This document shows, piece by piece, positions 44,749 to 54,668 of a stretch of DNA of 64,000 nt. The notes beneath the pieces were generated by a model. It ran no database searches. It was not told the DNA's origin and saw nothing but the letters and a program-made list of their open reading frames with translations. Location: positions 125,440 through 189,439 of the forward strand of contig CAZTKG010000003.1 in NCBI GenBank assembly GCA_964613815.1, read 5' to 3'. Position 1 is the first letter of the stretch. Every line of letters begins with the position of its first letter. A program made the position numbers and the translations under genes. The stretch comes from an uncultured Gammaproteobacteria bacterium. GTDB taxonomy: Bacteria > Patescibacteriota > Patescibacteriia > UBA9934.

Positions 44749-45951
44749 ATGTTTACTTCTCGATGGAAAATTGCTCTTGCCGTCCTTGGCCTCATTGCTT
44801 TTGCCATGCTTTTGGGGGGATTTTTTTATTGGCTCCTGTTTTCGAAGACGCCTGTTGTGACGCCCGTTGATGAGATCGTTGTTGATGATGGCACCGCGTC
44901 GCTTCCAGGCTCTGGAGATGCTCAAGAGCGGGTATCTACCCCTTCTGATAGCGCTCCTGCAGCGGAGAGTGATGGACTGCCCGTCAGTGACGCTGTTCTT
45001 TTGACCACCTCCCCTGTTGAGTCCCCTGTTGCAACCGGCCTTGGTGAAATGGCGTTTTATGACCCTAGCGATGGACGATTTTATCGCATTGATGAGAACG
45101 GTAATCTCGTTGCACTTTCCAGCGAAACCTTTCCAGATGTTGAGGACGTGACGTTTAGTACCGATGTTGACATGGCTGCCATCGAGTTTCCTGATGGAAC
45201 AAACATTTTGTATGACTTTGCGTCAGACGAGCAGACAACGCTTCCGAGTCACTGGGAGGACTTCACCTTCTCTCCTGAGAGTGAAATTGTTGCTAGCAAG
45301 AATATCACTTCCAATCCTGATCTGAATTCTATTGTTGTTACATCGACTGATGGGACGCATACGCAGGTTCTCGCAGGGCTTGGGACCAATGCGGGAGACG
45401 TTACACTTGACTGGTCGCCGACTGGAGATGTGATTGGGTATGCACAGACTGGAAGTACACAGAGTGGATTTGGGCGTGAGCAGATTTATTTGATTGGAAA
45501 CGATGGGGAGCCTGCGGGGTCCATTGTGGTTGAAGGTCTGTATTTTGATCCTATTTGGTCACCTAGTGGGGAGACGATTTTGTATTCTATTACGGATGAT
45601 TCTGCCGATGGTCGGCCGACGATTTGGTCGGTTGATGGGAATGGAGCGGACGCTGGGGGTGATCGGACTCGGTATGGGGTTCAGACGTATGTTGAAAAAT
45701 GTTCGTTTGCGACTGAGACGATTGTGTATTGCGCGGTTCCGCGAGAGCTTCCGGATAATGCTGGTTTTGATGTTAGCCTCGCTGATGCGCCGGATGATGT
45801 TTATAAGTTGAATTTGACGACTGGACAGACAACACTTGTCGCTGTTCCCTCTCGTGATTATCAGATGTTTAATGTCTCTGTTCCTGAGGATCAATCTATT
45901 CTTTACTTCACCGACGAGGCAGGTCGCCTTCATCGTTTAGAACTTGATTAG
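44749..45951 (+). CDS. Membrane-anchored beta-propeller (TolB-like) protein
   Basis: WSPTG/WSPSG repeats, VYCAVP. Confidence 0.75.
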   Translation: MFTSRWKIALAVLGLIAFAMLLGGFFYWLLFSKTPVVTPVDEIVVDDGTASLPGSGDAQERVSTPSDSAPAAESDGLPVSDAVLLTTSPVESPVATGLGEMAFYDPSDGRFYRIDENGNLVALSSETFPDVEDVTFSTDVDMAAIEFPDGTNILYDFASDEQTTLPSHWEDFTFSPESEIVASKNITSNPDLNSIVVTSTDGTHTQVLAGLGTNAGDVTLDWSPTGDVIGYAQTGSTQSGFGREQIYLIGNDGEPAGSIVVEGLYFDPIWSPSGETILYSITDDSADGRPTIWSVDGNGADAGGDRTRYGVQTYVEKCSFATETIVYCAVPRELPDNAGFDVSLADAPDDVYKLNLTTGQTTLVAVPSRDYQMFNVSVPEDQSILYFTDEAGRLHRLELD

Positions 45952-45953
45952 TT

Positions 45954-46562
45954 ATGAAGCACCCGAAAAGTTTTCTTGCTGTCTTTGGTCTTTCTGCGCT
46001 GGCCCTTGTGATTCTTTTGACTCGGCCGGATGCGTCTGATTTGTTTACCATTGATGAGCCTCGGATTGGAGATGACCCGTTTTATGGCGCTGAAGATGCT
46101 GCTCTGACTGTTGTGCTTTTTGGGGACTTTGAGAGTGATGGGACACGCGATGCTGTAGAGTCTTTGCGGGATATTGTGGATGCGAATGACGACATTCGAC
46201 TTGTTTGGAAGGATTTTCCAAATGCTTCGCTGCACCCCGATGCGGTGAAGGCCGCTGTTGCTGCGCAGTGTGCGCATCGTCAGGATGTGTTCTGGGAGTA
46301 CGCAGCGTATCTTTTGGATAATCAGAACGCGTTTGGTGATGATCTTTACTATACGGTCGGTGATACGCTTGAGTTGAGGGCTCGGGCATTTGCGAACTGT
46401 GTTGAAAATGACGAGACCCTTGAGCTTATTGATGAGAGTTACCGAGAGGGGCTTGCGCTAAAGATTCTTAGCACTCCGACGATTTATATTGGCTCCGAGC
46501 GCTTCGCTGGTGAGATGACGGATCGTGATATTGCCTTGTTTATTGACGAACAACGACCATGA
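45954..46562 (+). CDS. DsbA/thioredoxin-fold protein lacking CxxC
   Basis: GAEDAALTVVLFGDFESDGT, WKDFP, AAQCA, STPT. Confidence 0.8.
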   Translation: MKHPKSFLAVFGLSALALVILLTRPDASDLFTIDEPRIGDDPFYGAEDAALTVVLFGDFESDGTRDAVESLRDIVDANDDIRLVWKDFPNASLHPDAVKAAVAAQCAHRQDVFWEYAAYLLDNQNAFGDDLYYTVGDTLELRARAFANCVENDETLELIDESYREGLALKILSTPTIYIGSERFAGEMTDRDIALFIDEQRP

Positions 46563-47911
46563 GACTTTTTGCGACGATTGCGATTGGGCTCTTTTTGATG
46601 CCCGCGGTGGCGTTTGGGGCACTTGCTTCTGAGTGTGATGATTCGCCGCTTTGCTCTTGTGATGATTATTCTGTTCCAAATAGTGGTGTTCAGGAGTGCT
46701 GGGATGAGTGTGAAGGCAGCCTTCAGTGCACGATTGATGGAAGTATCACCTCCGTTGAATCAACCGAATGCGACCCAGATGCCGATGAAACGTCTTTTGA
46801 TTGTTATTCCGCAGCGAGTTCTGATGGAGAAGATTCAGAGGCATCGAGCACTACTGAAGAAAAGAAAGATCATGACGCGCCCAGTTTGAGTATCCATATT
46901 CCCGGATTAGACCTCTCCCCTTCCACGGCCAGCGGTTCAAGTATTGAGGTCAATTATATTGGCCAGTATGTTAATGCCCTTTACTCATGGCTGATTGGTG
47001 CCGGCTCACTTATCGCCGTCGTTGTTCTGATGGTTAGCGGTGTACAGTACATGATGGCGCGTGGAAATGCCTCGCTTGTTACCCAGGCGAAGGAACGGAT
47101 GACGAATGCCGTTATTGGGCTCGTGCTGCTCTTGGGAGCCTATGCGATTGCGAACTTCATTGATCCTGCGACGGTGAATTTTGATACGCTTAAGCTTGAC
47201 TCTATTGGTAAGATGCTTGATAAAAGTACTTCTGGAGAAGAGGGAGCTTCAGGCGGAGGGGATCAAACGAAGTGTGATGAGGTCCTCGCCAAGGCCTCGA
47301 CGGAGGGGTCCTGCCCAATTGATAACTTTATGGCGCCAGCGTCTGGCGTGGGACTGTCGTGCAATTACCACTTTAGTGATGCGGATTATAATTACAAGGA
47401 TCAGAAAAGCTTGGACTACCCAGGCATTTGGGGCACCCCCCTTCTCGCCTCGTTTGATGGAGAGGTTGAGTATGTTGAAGGAGGAGGGAGTAACCGCTGC
47501 GGTAATCAGATCAATCTCAAGGGTAGTGGTATCTCTATTATTTACTGTCATGCGAAAAACTTTGTTGATAGTCAAGGTAATATGCGTGAATCTGGAACCA
47601 AGGTTGTTCAGGGCGAAGTCCTTGGACATTTGGGCGGAGTTGCTTGCGGCGGTCAAGCAGATATTCCAAAGCATTGGAAGTATCGCGATAGAATGCTTAA
47701 TGGACCATCTGGCACGGCATGTAAAACGGTTAACTCCCTTGAGACCTGCAGTTGTCAAACTTGGCAACATAGCGGCCATACGACCGGCTCCCATGTTCAT
47801 ATTGAACTGAAATATGGCGGCAATCTCCTTACCTGCGTTGCAAATGGACTAGATACTGCTGAAGCGACAGGTGATACCGGCCAAGCCGCTCCGGTGGAGG
47901 GTGATCATTGA
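46559..47911 (+). CDS. Cys-rich secreted protein with VirB2/TrbC-pilin-like and M23 peptidase-like domains
   Basis: SGVQYMMARGN...AKERMTNAVIGL; YCH; TTGSHVH. Confidence 0.75.
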   Translation: MRLFATIAIGLFLMPAVAFGALASECDDSPLCSCDDYSVPNSGVQECWDECEGSLQCTIDGSITSVESTECDPDADETSFDCYSAASSDGEDSEASSTTEEKKDHDAPSLSIHIPGLDLSPSTASGSSIEVNYIGQYVNALYSWLIGAGSLIAVVVLMVSGVQYMMARGNASLVTQAKERMTNAVIGLVLLLGAYAIANFIDPATVNFDTLKLDSIGKMLDKSTSGEEGASGGGDQTKCDEVLAKASTEGSCPIDNFMAPASGVGLSCNYHFSDADYNYKDQKSLDYPGIWGTPLLASFDGEVEYVEGGGSNRCGNQINLKGSGISIIYCHAKNFVDSQGNMRESGTKVVQGEVLGHLGGVACGGQADIPKHWKYRDRMLNGPSGTACKTVNSLETCSCQTWQHSGHTTGSHVHIELKYGGNLLTCVANGLDTAEATGDTGQAAPVEGDH

Positions 47912-47917
47912 TCGTCT

Positions 47918-49198
47918 ATGTATTCTTGTTCACATTGTGATTCTCAGTCGTTGAAGTGGCAGGGGCGTTGCTCTGAATGCGGGAAATGGGGGACGCTTCA
48001 GGAGGAGGCTAGGACTGGGAAGAAATCTACATCCAAACGGAGGGCGCCTGCAGCGCCTGTTTTGGATCTTGGGAGCGCGGTGATTGGGACGGAGACGCGG
48101 ACTTCTACGAAGATTGGAGAGCTCGATCGGGTCTTGGGAGGCGGGCTTGTTGCGGGGAGCGTGACGCTACTTGCTGGTGAGCCAGGGATTGGGAAGTCTA
48201 CGCTTACGGCTCAGCTTTCTTCGTTGTTTGGTTCTGATAAGGCGAAGACCCTTTATGTGAGTGGCGAGGAGTCTCAGGCGCAGGTCTTGATGCGGTTTCA
48301 GCGGCTTGGGATCGTGCCTGATGCGGTGGTGTTTAGTGGGGCTACGGATGTTGGGTCGATTGTTGCGGCGGCTGATGAGGTCTCCCCTGCTCTTCTTGTG
48401 ATCGATTCGATTCAGACGATGATTCCTGAAGGAATTGATAGTATGCCGGGGACGCCGACAGCGGTTCGAACGGCGACGGCGCAGCTGATTGGGCATGCGA
48501 AAACGTCTGGGATGCCGGTGGTTTTGATTGGTCAGGTGACGAAGGAGGGGTCTATTGCGGGACCGAAGACGCTTGAGCATTTGGTTGATACGCTTTTGAC
48601 GCTTGAGGGGGATCGGCATTCTAGTTATCGACTACTGCGCGCGAGTAAGCATCGGTTTGGAGGGACGGAAGAGGTTGGGATTTTTGAGATGATGGAGCGC
48701 GGGATGGTTGCGGTGGAGAATCCTAGTTCTCGGTTTTTGGAGGAGCGGCAGGATGTGACCGGGAGTGCGGTGACGTGTTTGATGGAGGGGTCTCGGCCCA
48801 TTTTGGTGGAGATTCAGGCGCTTTGTGAGCAGAGTCAGTATCCGAATCCTTTGCGGCGTGCGACGGGGTTTGATAGTGGGAGGCTGCAGATGCTTTTGGC
48901 GATCTTGAATAAACGCGCGGGGCTGAAGACGCATGGACTGGATGTGTATGTAAATGTGGTTGGCGGGGTGAAGATTAAGGAGACGGCGGCGGATTTGGCG
49001 GTTTGTGCGGCGATTTTGAGTTCTGTGAAGGATAAGGCGCTGCCGATGAAGGGGGTTTTGATTGGGGAGCTTGGGCTCAGTGGTGAGGTTCGGAGTGTGA
49101 CGCGGATAGCATATCGGGTGAAGGAGGCGAAGCGGTTGGGGTTTGATGCGGTGGAGGTGAAGCATGTGCGGGATTTGAAGGGACTGCTTGGGCAATAA
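47918..49198 (+). CDS. radA: DNA repair protein RadA/Sms
   Basis: CxxC..CxxC, GEPGIGKST, GPKTLEH, KHRFG. Confidence 0.96.
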   Translation: MYSCSHCDSQSLKWQGRCSECGKWGTLQEEARTGKKSTSKRRAPAAPVLDLGSAVIGTETRTSTKIGELDRVLGGGLVAGSVTLLAGEPGIGKSTLTAQLSSLFGSDKAKTLYVSGEESQAQVLMRFQRLGIVPDAVVFSGATDVGSIVAAADEVSPALLVIDSIQTMIPEGIDSMPGTPTAVRTATAQLIGHAKTSGMPVVLIGQVTKEGSIAGPKTLEHLVDTLLTLEGDRHSSYRLLRASKHRFGGTEEVGIFEMMERGMVAVENPSSRFLEERQDVTGSAVTCLMEGSRPILVEIQALCEQSQYPNPLRRATGFDSGRLQMLLAILNKRAGLKTHGLDVYVNVVGGVKIKETAADLAVCAAILSSVKDKALPMKGVLIGELGLSGEVRSVTRIAYRVKEAKRLGFDAVEVKHVRDLKGLLGQ

Positions 49199-49230
49199 AA
49201 AACAACGAGTGATGAGCTCGTTGTTTTTTT
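49197..49230. terminator. Bidirectional terminator between radA and recG
   Basis: AAAAAACAACGAG-tgatgag-CTCGTTGTTTTTTT. Confidence 0.75.
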
Positions 49231-51301
49231 ATTCGAAATGGACTTCTTCAATGTATTCTTCGACGCGTTCTGATAATGATGGCCACTTTTTTAGGGTTGG
49301 GTCGTCTGTGAGAATCCATTCTGCATGGTCTTTTGCCTTGTAGAGAAGCTCTCTGTCGGCGTAGGTGCCGAGTTTGAAGGCTTCGAAGCCGGACTGCTCT
49401 GTGCCGAAGATATTTCCTGGGCCGCGGAGTTCTAGGTCCTTGTCTGCGAGCTGGAAGCCATTTTGGCACCCGACAACGGCGATGAGGCGCTTGCGAGCGA
49501 GTTCTGATAGGCGGCCGGATGGATGGAGGTAGCAGTAGCTTTGGTGGTCGCCCCGCCCTACCCTTCCTCGGAGTTGGTGTAGCTGCGCGAGACCGAAGCG
49601 TTCGGCTCCTTCGATGAACATGACGGTGGCGTTTGGGATGTCTACGCCGACCTCTACCACCGTGGTGGAGATGACCATGTCTAGTTCGCCTGAAGAGAAT
49701 TTTTCCATGATCTCGTCTTTTTCCATGGTTTTGAGCTTTCCGTGGAGAATTCCGAGCTTGTATTTTTTGAATGGGCCTTTTTTGAAGATCGTGTAGGTTT
49801 CGGTGACAGATTTTACTCCGAGCGCGTCTGATTCTTCGATGAGGGGGCAGACGACGAAGACTTGGCGGCCGGCGTCCATTTCTTCTTTGATGCGCTTGTG
49901 AGCCTGCGGTTCTTGCCCCTGTTCGACGAGGAAGGTTTCGATTTTCTTGCGGCCTGCAGGGTATTCGTCTAATAGTGATCGGTCTAGGTCGCCGTAGAGG
50001 ACGAGAGCTAGTGATCTCGGGATTGGGGTTGCGGTCATGCTGAGGAGATGGGGGATGCCGTCTTCGTCGCCTTGGCGATCTTTGAGGGCTCGGCGCTGTT
50101 TGACGCCGAAGCGGTGCTGTTCGTCGACGATCATGAGACCTAGGCGGTTGAAGAGGACGCCTTCTGAGAGGAGTGCGTGGGTTCCGATGGCTAGGTCTAT
50201 TTTTCCATCTTTTAGTGCGTCAAGCATTTGTTTTTTGGTGACCTGCTTGCCTTTGATGCGGCGCTTTGTGCGTGTGAATAGGCCTATCGTGAGCATGTCG
50301 CCGAAGATTTTTTGTAAGCCTTTTGCGTGTTGGTCGGCAAGGATTTCTGTTGGGGCGAGGAAGGCGGTTTGCCAGGTTGAAGATGCGGCGTTTACTGCTG
50401 CGAGCGCTGCGACGACGGTCTTCCCTGTTCCAACGTCCCCCTCTAGCAACCTATTCATTGGGGTTTCCTTTTCTAGATCTTGGATGATGGACCAGCTGGA
50501 TCTTTTTTGGGCATCGGTGAGTTCGAATGGAAGAGCCTTTACCGCCTTTGTGACGGCAGGTTTGTTGAATGGGATTTTTGATGATTTTTGCTTTTGGAGC
50601 GCTCGGCGGACGCGGCGGTGGAGGATTTGATGGAGGAAGAACTCGTCGAATTTAAGACGATCTAGGGCGCGTTCCTGCTTTTCTGTTGAGGATGGGAAAT
50701 GCATCTCCTTGATTGCATCGTGGAGGGGCATGAATTCCTCGGACTTGATAATGTCTTGCGGCATCCATTCTTCGACCTCTTCGATGCCTTTTGTCGCCTC
50801 CTCTGCCAGGGCTCGGCGCATTTTTTGGGTGATTGCGCCGGTAAGTTTGTAAACCGGGAGGATTCTACCGGTTTGCTTGACGCTCTGCTGCTTGCCGAGG
50901 ACTTCGTAGATTGGGTTTACGAGCGAAAGGCCGTAGCGGTCGTCTACCTTTCCTGATAGGGACACGATCACGCCTGGTTTTAGGGTTTTTGTGAGGAAGC
51001 CTTGGTGGAACCAGACGGCTTTGATGGAGCCGGTACCGTCTTCGACCATGGCTTGTGTGATGGTCATTCGCGGGTTGTTTTTGGCGCGGCGGTTTTCGAT
51101 AGTTGCGATCGCGCCTTGGATCGTAATGCGCTCCCCTGCTGATACGCTGCTGATTTCTGTCTTTTTTGAGAGATCGTCGTAACGGAATGGGAAATCTAAT
51201 AAGGCATCTCTTAGGGAGACGATGCCTAGGCGCGCGAAATCTTTGGCGCGGGCGGCGCCGATTCCTTTTGCTCTTTGGATGTTTTTGTCGAGAAGAGGCA
51301 T
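49229..51301 (-). CDS. recG: ATP-dependent DNA helicase RecG
   Basis: GDVGTGKT, DEQHRFG, TATPIPR, QLHQLRGRVGR. Confidence 0.97.
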   Translation of the reverse strand: MPLLDKNIQRAKGIGAARAKDFARLGIVSLRDALLDFPFRYDDLSKKTEISSVSAGERITIQGAIATIENRRAKNNPRMTITQAMVEDGTGSIKAVWFHQGFLTKTLKPGVIVSLSGKVDDRYGLSLVNPIYEVLGKQQSVKQTGRILPVYKLTGAITQKMRRALAEEATKGIEEVEEWMPQDIIKSEEFMPLHDAIKEMHFPSSTEKQERALDRLKFDEFFLHQILHRRVRRALQKQKSSKIPFNKPAVTKAVKALPFELTDAQKRSSWSIIQDLEKETPMNRLLEGDVGTGKTVVAALAAVNAASSTWQTAFLAPTEILADQHAKGLQKIFGDMLTIGLFTRTKRRIKGKQVTKKQMLDALKDGKIDLAIGTHALLSEGVLFNRLGLMIVDEQHRFGVKQRRALKDRQGDEDGIPHLLSMTATPIPRSLALVLYGDLDRSLLDEYPAGRKKIETFLVEQGQEPQAHKRIKEEMDAGRQVFVVCPLIEESDALGVKSVTETYTIFKKGPFKKYKLGILHGKLKTMEKDEIMEKFSSGELDMVISTTVVEVGVDIPNATVMFIEGAERFGLAQLHQLRGRVGRGDHQSYCYLHPSGRLSELARKRLIAVVGCQNGFQLADKDLELRGPGNIFGTEQSGFEAFKLGTYADRELLYKAKDHAEWILTDDPTLKKWPSLSERVEEYIEEVHFE

Positions 51302-51353
51302 TTGATTTAGTATTTTATCTCAGTTTTTGCGAAAAACCAAGCTTGTATTGCTC

Positions 51354-51400
51354 TATCTCGACCGAAATGAGGAGATCTCTCCACGTTGGTCGAGATGGGA
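51354..51400. repeat. Palindromic repeat family A copy
   Basis: ATCTCGACC...GAGATCTCTCCACGTTGGTCGAGATGGGA. Confidence 0.8.
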
Positions 51401-51407
51401 GCAGATT

Positions 51408-51494
51408 TTATCCCCACTTTATCCACGCTATAAACACCTTTATTCACGGGGTTGTTCACAGATTTGTGGAAAAGTTATACACATTTTGTTCACG
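51408..51494. promoter_or_regulatory. DnaA-box cluster
   Basis: Seven TTATNCACA-like 9-mers including TTATACACA at 51475. Confidence 0.7.
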
Positions 51495-51598
51495 TTGACA
51501 TCCGGTTTTTTATTTACGTGTTCAAAAAGCTTAATGATTTGCCCGGTTGACTCTGTGTGGCTTATTTGATAATCCTGATTGGTGACCCTGGAGGCACT

Positions 51599-52204
51599 TT
51601 GTTCTTTTTTTTGACGATGCTTCTCCTGTCTCTCGGCGGCGCGGTTGCCGAGACTAGTCAGGCTGTGCAGGATGCCACCACCTTCTCGCCTGAGCCACAT
51701 GTTCGCCTTATTCTGCACGGGACGCGAGCCCCTGTGGAAGGTGGCGCTGTCGGACTTTCGGGCTGGGTGATCGCTCCCGACATTGGCAATGATCCGACCA
51801 AATGGGTGACGCTTGCAGGCCTACGGGTTGTGAATGATGTCTTGAGCCTTGAGTTCCATGGTGGACTCTTGAAGGCTGGCGACGGCACCGCCCACCTTCT
51901 GGACGTTCGCTTTGGCGCAGCGCCCAAGAACAGCCGGCTTTCGCACTGGAGCAATGTTCAGCTGATCATGGATCCGAGCGGCGAAGGCGGTGGCGGACTC
52001 TACTTCTACCATCAGTACGATCTGTCGATCTGGCTTGTCGCTATTGGGCTGGAGAACGAAAATCTCTTTACACGTGAAGCTGCGGGGATTGCGACAGGGC
52101 CCCACCTCGTGATTCCGCTTGGGAGCCTTACGATCGTCATGGCGCTCCAGTTTGACATGGCTCATGCCGAATACTTCTGGACCCGCGCTGTCCTGAACCT
52201 CTGA
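51599..52204 (+). CDS. Secreted beta-strand-rich orphan protein
   Basis: GGAGG + TTG start, signal peptide, alternating beta strands. Confidence 0.65.
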   Translation: MFFFLTMLLLSLGGAVAETSQAVQDATTFSPEPHVRLILHGTRAPVEGGAVGLSGWVIAPDIGNDPTKWVTLAGLRVVNDVLSLEFHGGLLKAGDGTAHLLDVRFGAAPKNSRLSHWSNVQLIMDPSGEGGGGLYFYHQYDLSIWLVAIGLENENLFTREAAGIATGPHLVIPLGSLTIVMALQFDMAHAEYFWTRAVLNL

Positions 52205-52225
52205 CCCCCTCCTGGGGTTGTTTAT

Positions 52226-53107
52226 GGCTCAAGTAAAGGACTTGGAACAAGTTAGCGCGTTTGCGAGGTAATAATGCCGAGACTCAAAGAGTCTCGGCAT
52301 GTTTTGTCTTGCCTCAAGCTCTCTCACGAGGTGCGGGAGCCAGTAGGCTCTCACCTGCTGGTACGTGCGACGTATGAAACGTTTAAGGACAGACCAAATA
52401 GCTTCAATGTGGTTTGTAGGGCCAAACTCAAATTTAGAGTGGATACAGACTTCATGCTTGTAGTTAAAGAACTCATGGATGCGGTTGTAACCGCTCCATC
52501 CGTCTGTGTAGACGGTGGAACCGGTCTTCACATGCTTAAGAAGAAATCTATCTGTCGTATCTTGCTCTCTGTTATCTGTGACAAAGAGGGCGACTCTCTT
52601 TGTCCCGCGTTCATACGCACCAATGACAATGCGCTGGTTACCGCTTCTCCTTCTTCCGACAAAAGCTTCGTCTACTTCTACATCCCCAGAAAGAATCTGG
52701 AGGTGTTCGTACGGAAGATGGTACTGGAACCTTCGGTACTATCTTCTGGCTGTCGGCACACTCACTCTTGCGAGTTCGCAAGCAGCGGGCAGAGCCCGCT
52801 GCTTCTGCCAGCAGTAGAGAAGGATCCAAAACTGTGTTCATGAGAGCTTCATTCCACTAAGCCATGAGACCGACGTGAGACTAAACGGCTTCCTGCAACT
52901 CGGACACCGGAATCTGCACTCACTTCTGCGAATATTAGATGAATTGCAGCGAGGACAGCGGATGCGCTGTCCAAACACTACTTTTCTGACAAAAGCCTTG
53001 ATCTTTCTTTCATTTGGAACCTCGTTTAGAATGGACATACGGAACAGTTGGTTATTTGTTAGCTGCACTAACATTGTAACCTCTGTTCCATTTCGATTAT
53101 ACGAGCC
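52226..53107 (-). mobile_element. IS1595-family insertion sequence
   Basis: Imperfect TIRs GGCTC...TGGAACA; 7-bp direct repeat TGTTTAT at 52219-52225 and 53108-53114. Confidence 0.9.
52229..53038 (-). pseudogene. IS1595 transposase with two in-frame stops
   Basis: CPRC/CPSC ribbon, VEVDEAF, YTDGW, TNHIE in one frame; TGA at 52838-40, TAG at 52739-41. Confidence 0.9.
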
Positions 53108-53181
53108 TGTTTATTTTGGATTGACAATCTGTGTAGTTCTGATATTGTTCGCTCCTGATCGATCTTTTTCTGGAGAAAATC

Positions 53182-53622
53182 TTGCCTGCACCCCGCTCCC
53201 CGTTCCCTGATCCGAATGTGTTTACTGCCCGTCGTGGCTTTGTGAGGATCTTTGGGTTCTCTGCCTGGATTGAGGATGGGCACTGGGTCCTTTCGCATCG
53301 CTCTGGGCACACCTCTACCTCCTCCCCTACTCCGGTTCACGAGCAGATTCAGGCTTCTATTGAGGAGGACATCTCTCGTGGTCGTGGAGATGATGTCTGT
53401 GCGGTTCACGTCTCGCCCGCTACGGCTGCTCGGCTGATTCTTGAGGGAGCGATCCCCGAGACTTCGCTTGCCGCAGCTGATACGCAACGACGTGCTGGAC
53501 GTGTCCTGATTCCGGATGTGACATTTGGGACGTCGCTTCGAGTGATGCGGCTTCCGGTGGTGGTTCGGCGAGGATACATTCACGTGTTCGCGACCGTGGA
53601 TGCGCGGGAGATTATTGTGTAG
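53182..53622 (+). CDS. Orphan protein, paralogue of 57438-57860
   Basis: GGAG + TTG start, TTGACA promoter; shared VSPxxAxRxxLEG. Confidence 0.6.
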   Translation: MPAPRSPFPDPNVFTARRGFVRIFGFSAWIEDGHWVLSHRSGHTSTSSPTPVHEQIQASIEEDISRGRGDDVCAVHVSPATAARLILEGAIPETSLAAADTQRRAGRVLIPDVTFGTSLRVMRLPVVVRRGYIHVFATVDAREIIV

Positions 53623-53731
53623 CGTGCGCTGGCTGATGCTGGCGCTTTTTTGTTTGGGAAAAAGAAAGACCCCGCGCTTGGCAGGCGCGGGGCCTGACCG
53701 AAGGCGGAGTAGGAGACTCCCTCGATCTGAT

Positions 53732-54427
53732 CTACTGTTCCAGGTGGACGATTCGCGTGACGTCGGAGCTGTTGATCCCATTGTAGGCGATGCTCGGGTC
53801 GGCGTCGCTCTCGAATGCGGGATCCTCCAGGGCGTACAGCGAGGCCTGGATGCCCACCCTCTCCTCGGTTCCGTAGAACGCACAGGAGAGAACGAAGGAT
53901 GTCGCGCTGGCGACCTCGTGGTCGAAGAAGACGAGGTCGGCCTGGATGTCTGCCGCGATGTCGACCGGAACGATGTCGACGGAGGAGTCTCCCCCGCCCT
54001 GGATCTCGTAGAGCTCGCACCAGTGGAGGTACTCGTCCGCGTTGAAGTCGCTGTCGGACTCGACCTAGTAGACGATGCCACTTGCGGAGAATCCATCCTC
54101 CTCGGTCGTGATGGCGTCGGCGGTGAGTCGCGCTTCGTCACCAGCTCCGTAGGAGATGGTGTCCAGGACGGACTGCGGGGTCATGTAGGCTTCGACCGGG
54201 ATGACGTCGACGGGGATGACGTCTCCGGTCTCGATGATCTCCTCCATCGTGTCGCCGTCCGTGTCCTCGGAGCAGAGGTCCGGGAACTCGGCGCAGAAGT
54301 CGTCGGCAGGAGGGGTGAGGTCGGAGATCGTGGCCTCGTCTGCGGTATCGGTCTCGACGTCGGTTGGGGCGAAGCGGCAGGCGGTGAGGGTGAGGAAGGT
54401 GATGATTGCGGGGAAACGGGTGGTCAT
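53732..54427 (-). pseudogene. Acidic lipoprotein with in-frame TAG
   Basis: LTAC lipobox; TAG at 54065-67, then 110 more codons of the same codon style. Confidence 0.75.
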
Positions 54428-54668
54428 TTGACGCTCCGTGAGGGTTTTTGAAGGAAACAGTCGTTTGACTGATGCGCGCATGATAGCAGAAAAATGCCTT
54501 TTTGTCAATCAAAATGTCTTTAAAAAGCTGTTTTTATTAGGTTTTTCTGGTTATTTTTGTTCAAAAGTACTTGACAAAACTTGGTTTTTGTGCTATTGTA
54601 TAGCTATTCTTTCACACCATTCTATTCGCTTTTTAGCGAAGGAGTCCCTCAAGAATCCCTCCATTGGC

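Noticed and set aside
52739-54067. Possible stop-codon reassignment (in-frame TGA/TAG)
   Set aside because: TGA and TAG terminate conserved genes here (prmC TGA; rpmE, gyrB, nusG TAG); the internal stops occur only in accessory genes.
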